Assembly (NCBI RefSeq): GCF_006345805.1
Contig: NC_043001.1
Coordinates: 95,046,001 to 95,110,000, forward strand
From: Octopus sinensis
Taxonomy: Eukaryota
Length of the DNA: 64,000 nt
Direction of reading: 5' to 3'
The notes beneath the pieces are model-generated. The model searched no databases, was not told where the DNA came from, and saw nothing but the letters and a program-made list of their open reading frames with translations. A program made the position numbers and the translations under genes. This document shows positions 64,000-64,000 of this stretch, piece by piece; the stretch's first letter is position 1, and each line of letters opens with the position of its first letter.

Positions 64000-64000
64000 C

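Overview
AT-rich eukaryotic DNA, very rich in (TA)n, (CA)n, (TATG)n, (TAA)n and (GAA)n microsatellites. The repeat landscape looks like an octopus (cephalopod) genome; this is inference from recognising the repeats, not a search result. No intact host protein-coding gene could be assigned, and most ORF-track entries are microsatellite read-throughs. The window is dominated by transposable elements: two R4/Dong-clade non-LTR retrotransposons (RT plus restriction-like endonuclease) abutting (TAA)n tracts, two CR1-type LINE 3' fragments, Penelope-like element (PLE) relics (an RT piece and an RT-less GIY-YIG piece), several Tc1/mariner relics, a foldback MITE and several tRNA-derived SINE families. 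The most notable signal is a set of short repeats, mostly microsatellite-embedded, carrying minimal type I hammerhead-ribozyme motifs (CUGANGA-stem II-GAAAC with a self-complementary stem III). These include a ~140-bp-arm foldback at 45.27-45.57 kb with one hammerhead in each arm, and a sister copy at 62.9-63.1 kb that folds at a different point and lacks the ribozymes. Also notable are a stack of TAA-bounded insertions (24.2-28.2 kb), a second long palindrome (46.67-46.87 kb) and a tandemly duplicated E2F/CCAAT/E-box promoter-like module (46.06-46.26 kb).
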